Below, one piece after another: positions 62,333 to 64,000 of a stretch of DNA of 64,000 nt. Where the stretch lies: the NCBI GenBank assembly GCA_002269645.1, contig NIVC01000025.1, positions 434,001 to 498,000 on the forward strand, read 5' to 3'. The stretch's first letter is position 1, and every line of letters begins with the position of its first letter. Origin of the DNA: Macrostomum lignano (lineage: Eukaryota). Below the pieces are notes generated by a model. The model did not search any database and was not told the origin of the DNA. It saw only the letters and a program-made list of their open reading frames with translations. A program made the translations under genes and the position numbers.

Positions 62333-62581
62333 TTAGAGAGGCGAGCTAACATCCGGTGAGAAGAACCAATCAATGGCGGTCAGTAAAAGCAGTTGCACAA
62401 GGAATAACGACAGCACAGCAAGCAGAAGGGGAGTCGCCGTCTCCTTGACGAACACGCCGGACAAGTGGGCGAAGCTGCGGTTCGGGCAGGGCCGGCAGGC
62501 GGGCTCGCAGGCGCGCAGCTCTTCGTCGGCGCCTTTGCAGTAGGCCTGCCCGTCCATGTGGCTGCAGAGCCGTTGCCGGGC
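62333..62581 (-). CDS. Terminal exon of a TSP1-repeat protein with a C-terminal TM/GPI-like segment; gene extends off the right edge
   Basis: Acceptor CAATGCAG|GCC at 62582, phase 0. ARQRLCSHMDGQAYCKGADEELRACEPAC matches the TSP1 R.R.C...C.G...E.R.C pattern, followed by hydrophobic LLLAVLSLFLVQLLLLTAIDWFF. Confidence 0.7.
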   Translation of the reverse strand, partial: ARQRLCSHMDGQAYCKGADEELRACEPACRPCPNRSFAHLSGVFVKETATPLLLAVLSLFLVQLLLLTAIDWFFSPDVSSPL

Positions 62582-63384
62582 CTGCATTGGGGGCACATTA
62601 CTAGAATAACTAGACGGGCCACTCAGCACATTTGCGTGTAAGCTACTTTCAGTTCAGTAGTGAGTTAAACTGAAGCATTTTAATGTATTTTTAATGCCAA
62701 GGCTCATTTATTGGCTCTTACCCCCACCCCCAGCTTAAACCCTCCAACCGCGCCCTACCGCTCTACCCCCGCCCCGCCCCACCCCGAATTTTATTGTCTT
62801 GTTCGGAATTCCAGCCTAAAGCTGCCATGTACATTTCAGTGGACGGTGGCCAATGTACATTATTGCTGAACCAATTAGAAAGTTGTTTACGCCTGCAAGA
62901 TTGGACTTATAAATTTATCAAAGTCAATTCAGCTGCCTTAATTTTTATCAAATAGCTTATGTATTCTTCTATGCTACTGAACTGAAAGTAGAAAGCTGTT
63001 TTATTAAGTATATATGCCTGAGTGGCCCATGTGGTTATTCTCGTATCTGTGATTTGGGATAGCGACGCAAACGGTTTTCCCCTGCTGCATGTGTTGCGAG
63101 TTGCGCTTTCACAATGCCTTTTGCACCGACTCTCATTGCTCTCTCCGCCTCTTCTCTCCCTGTTGTTTGTTTATTCTATTTTGCCTCTGCCTTAAGCCAG
63201 CATTCTTATTTTTGTATTAGTAGCCTCGTAGTTTCCTATTTTCATTCGCTGCCCCTTTTTGTTTCTCTTTAACTGTTTGGGCTAGTCCAATCATGTCTCT
63301 AGCCACAGAGACCGCTCAATAGCCAGCTTCCCCCTTCTTTCTCTCTCGCCGATGTACTCTCGCACGCACGTAAGTTTTGCCCTT

Positions 63385-64000
63385 ACCCCCAATCCTGCGT
63401 GACTTAGCCCCACCACCCTCAGCCCTGTGTGACCTAGCCCCACCACCCCAGCCCTGCGTGACTTAGCCCCACCACCCTTAGCCCTGTGTGACCTAGCCCC
63501 AACACCCTCAGCCCTGCGTGACTTAGCCCCACCACCCCAGCCCTGCGTGACTTAGCCCCACCACCCTTAGCCCTGTGTGACCTAGCCCCAACACCCTCAG
63601 CCCTGCGTGACTTAGCCCCACCACCCCAGCCCTGCGTGACTTAGCCCCACCACCCTCAGCCCTGTGTGGCTTAGCCCCACCACTCCAGCCCTGTGTGGCT
63701 TAGCCCCAACACCCTCAGCCCTGCGTGACTTAGCCCCACCACCCTCAGCCCTGTGTGACCTAGCCCCACCACCCTCAGCCCTGTGTGACTTTACCCCACC
63801 ACCCCAGCCGTGCGTGGCTTAGCCCCACCACCCCAGCCGTGCGTGACCTAGCCCCACCACCCTCAGCCCTGTGTGGCTTAGCCCCACCACTCCAGCCCTG
63901 TGTGGCTTAGCCCCAACACCCTCAGCCCTGCGTGACTTAGCCCCACCACCCTCAGCCCTGTGTGACCTAGCCCCACCACCCCAGCCCTGCGTGACTTAGC
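63385..64000. repeat. 29-30-bp C-rich minisatellite (AGCCCTGYGTGACYTAGCCCCACCACCCYC)n
   Basis: Visible units running to the window edge. Confidence 0.95.

Overview
Eukaryotic (metazoan) genomic DNA with GT-AG introns, GC-rich exons in an AT-rich background, and very dense minisatellites and transposon relics. The style resembles the flatworm Macrostomum lignano, but the species is an inference. Host genes: (1) a minus-strand gene with at least 6 exons (7020 to 330, running off the left edge), with a Pro/Gly/Arg-rich N-terminus and a helical C-terminal region resembling TOPAZ1; (2) three minus-strand fibrinogen-related (FReD) paralogues about 10 kb apart, one intact (35114-33326), one internally deleted and one decayed; (3) an intronless class A GPCR with an NRY motif (52625-53680); (4) a two-exon plus-strand gene (56610-56784 joined to 60104-60597) encoding a signal peptide plus one bacterial-type thermonuclease (SNase) domain with an intact catalytic set, the most notable finding and a candidate domesticated horizontal transfer; (5) the last exon of a TSP1-repeat membrane protein (62333-62581, minus). 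Mobile DNA: a decayed P-element/THAP9-like transposase, a mariner element with perfect TIRs, RTE-clade LINEs, an R1/LOA-type LINE with RNase H, a Gypsy integrase fragment, tRNA-derived SINEs, MITEs and Helitron-like ends. About 18 tandem arrays explain most long repetitive ORFs in the track. No CRISPR array, rRNA or true tRNA gene was seen. All family assignments come from motif recognition; no database search was run.
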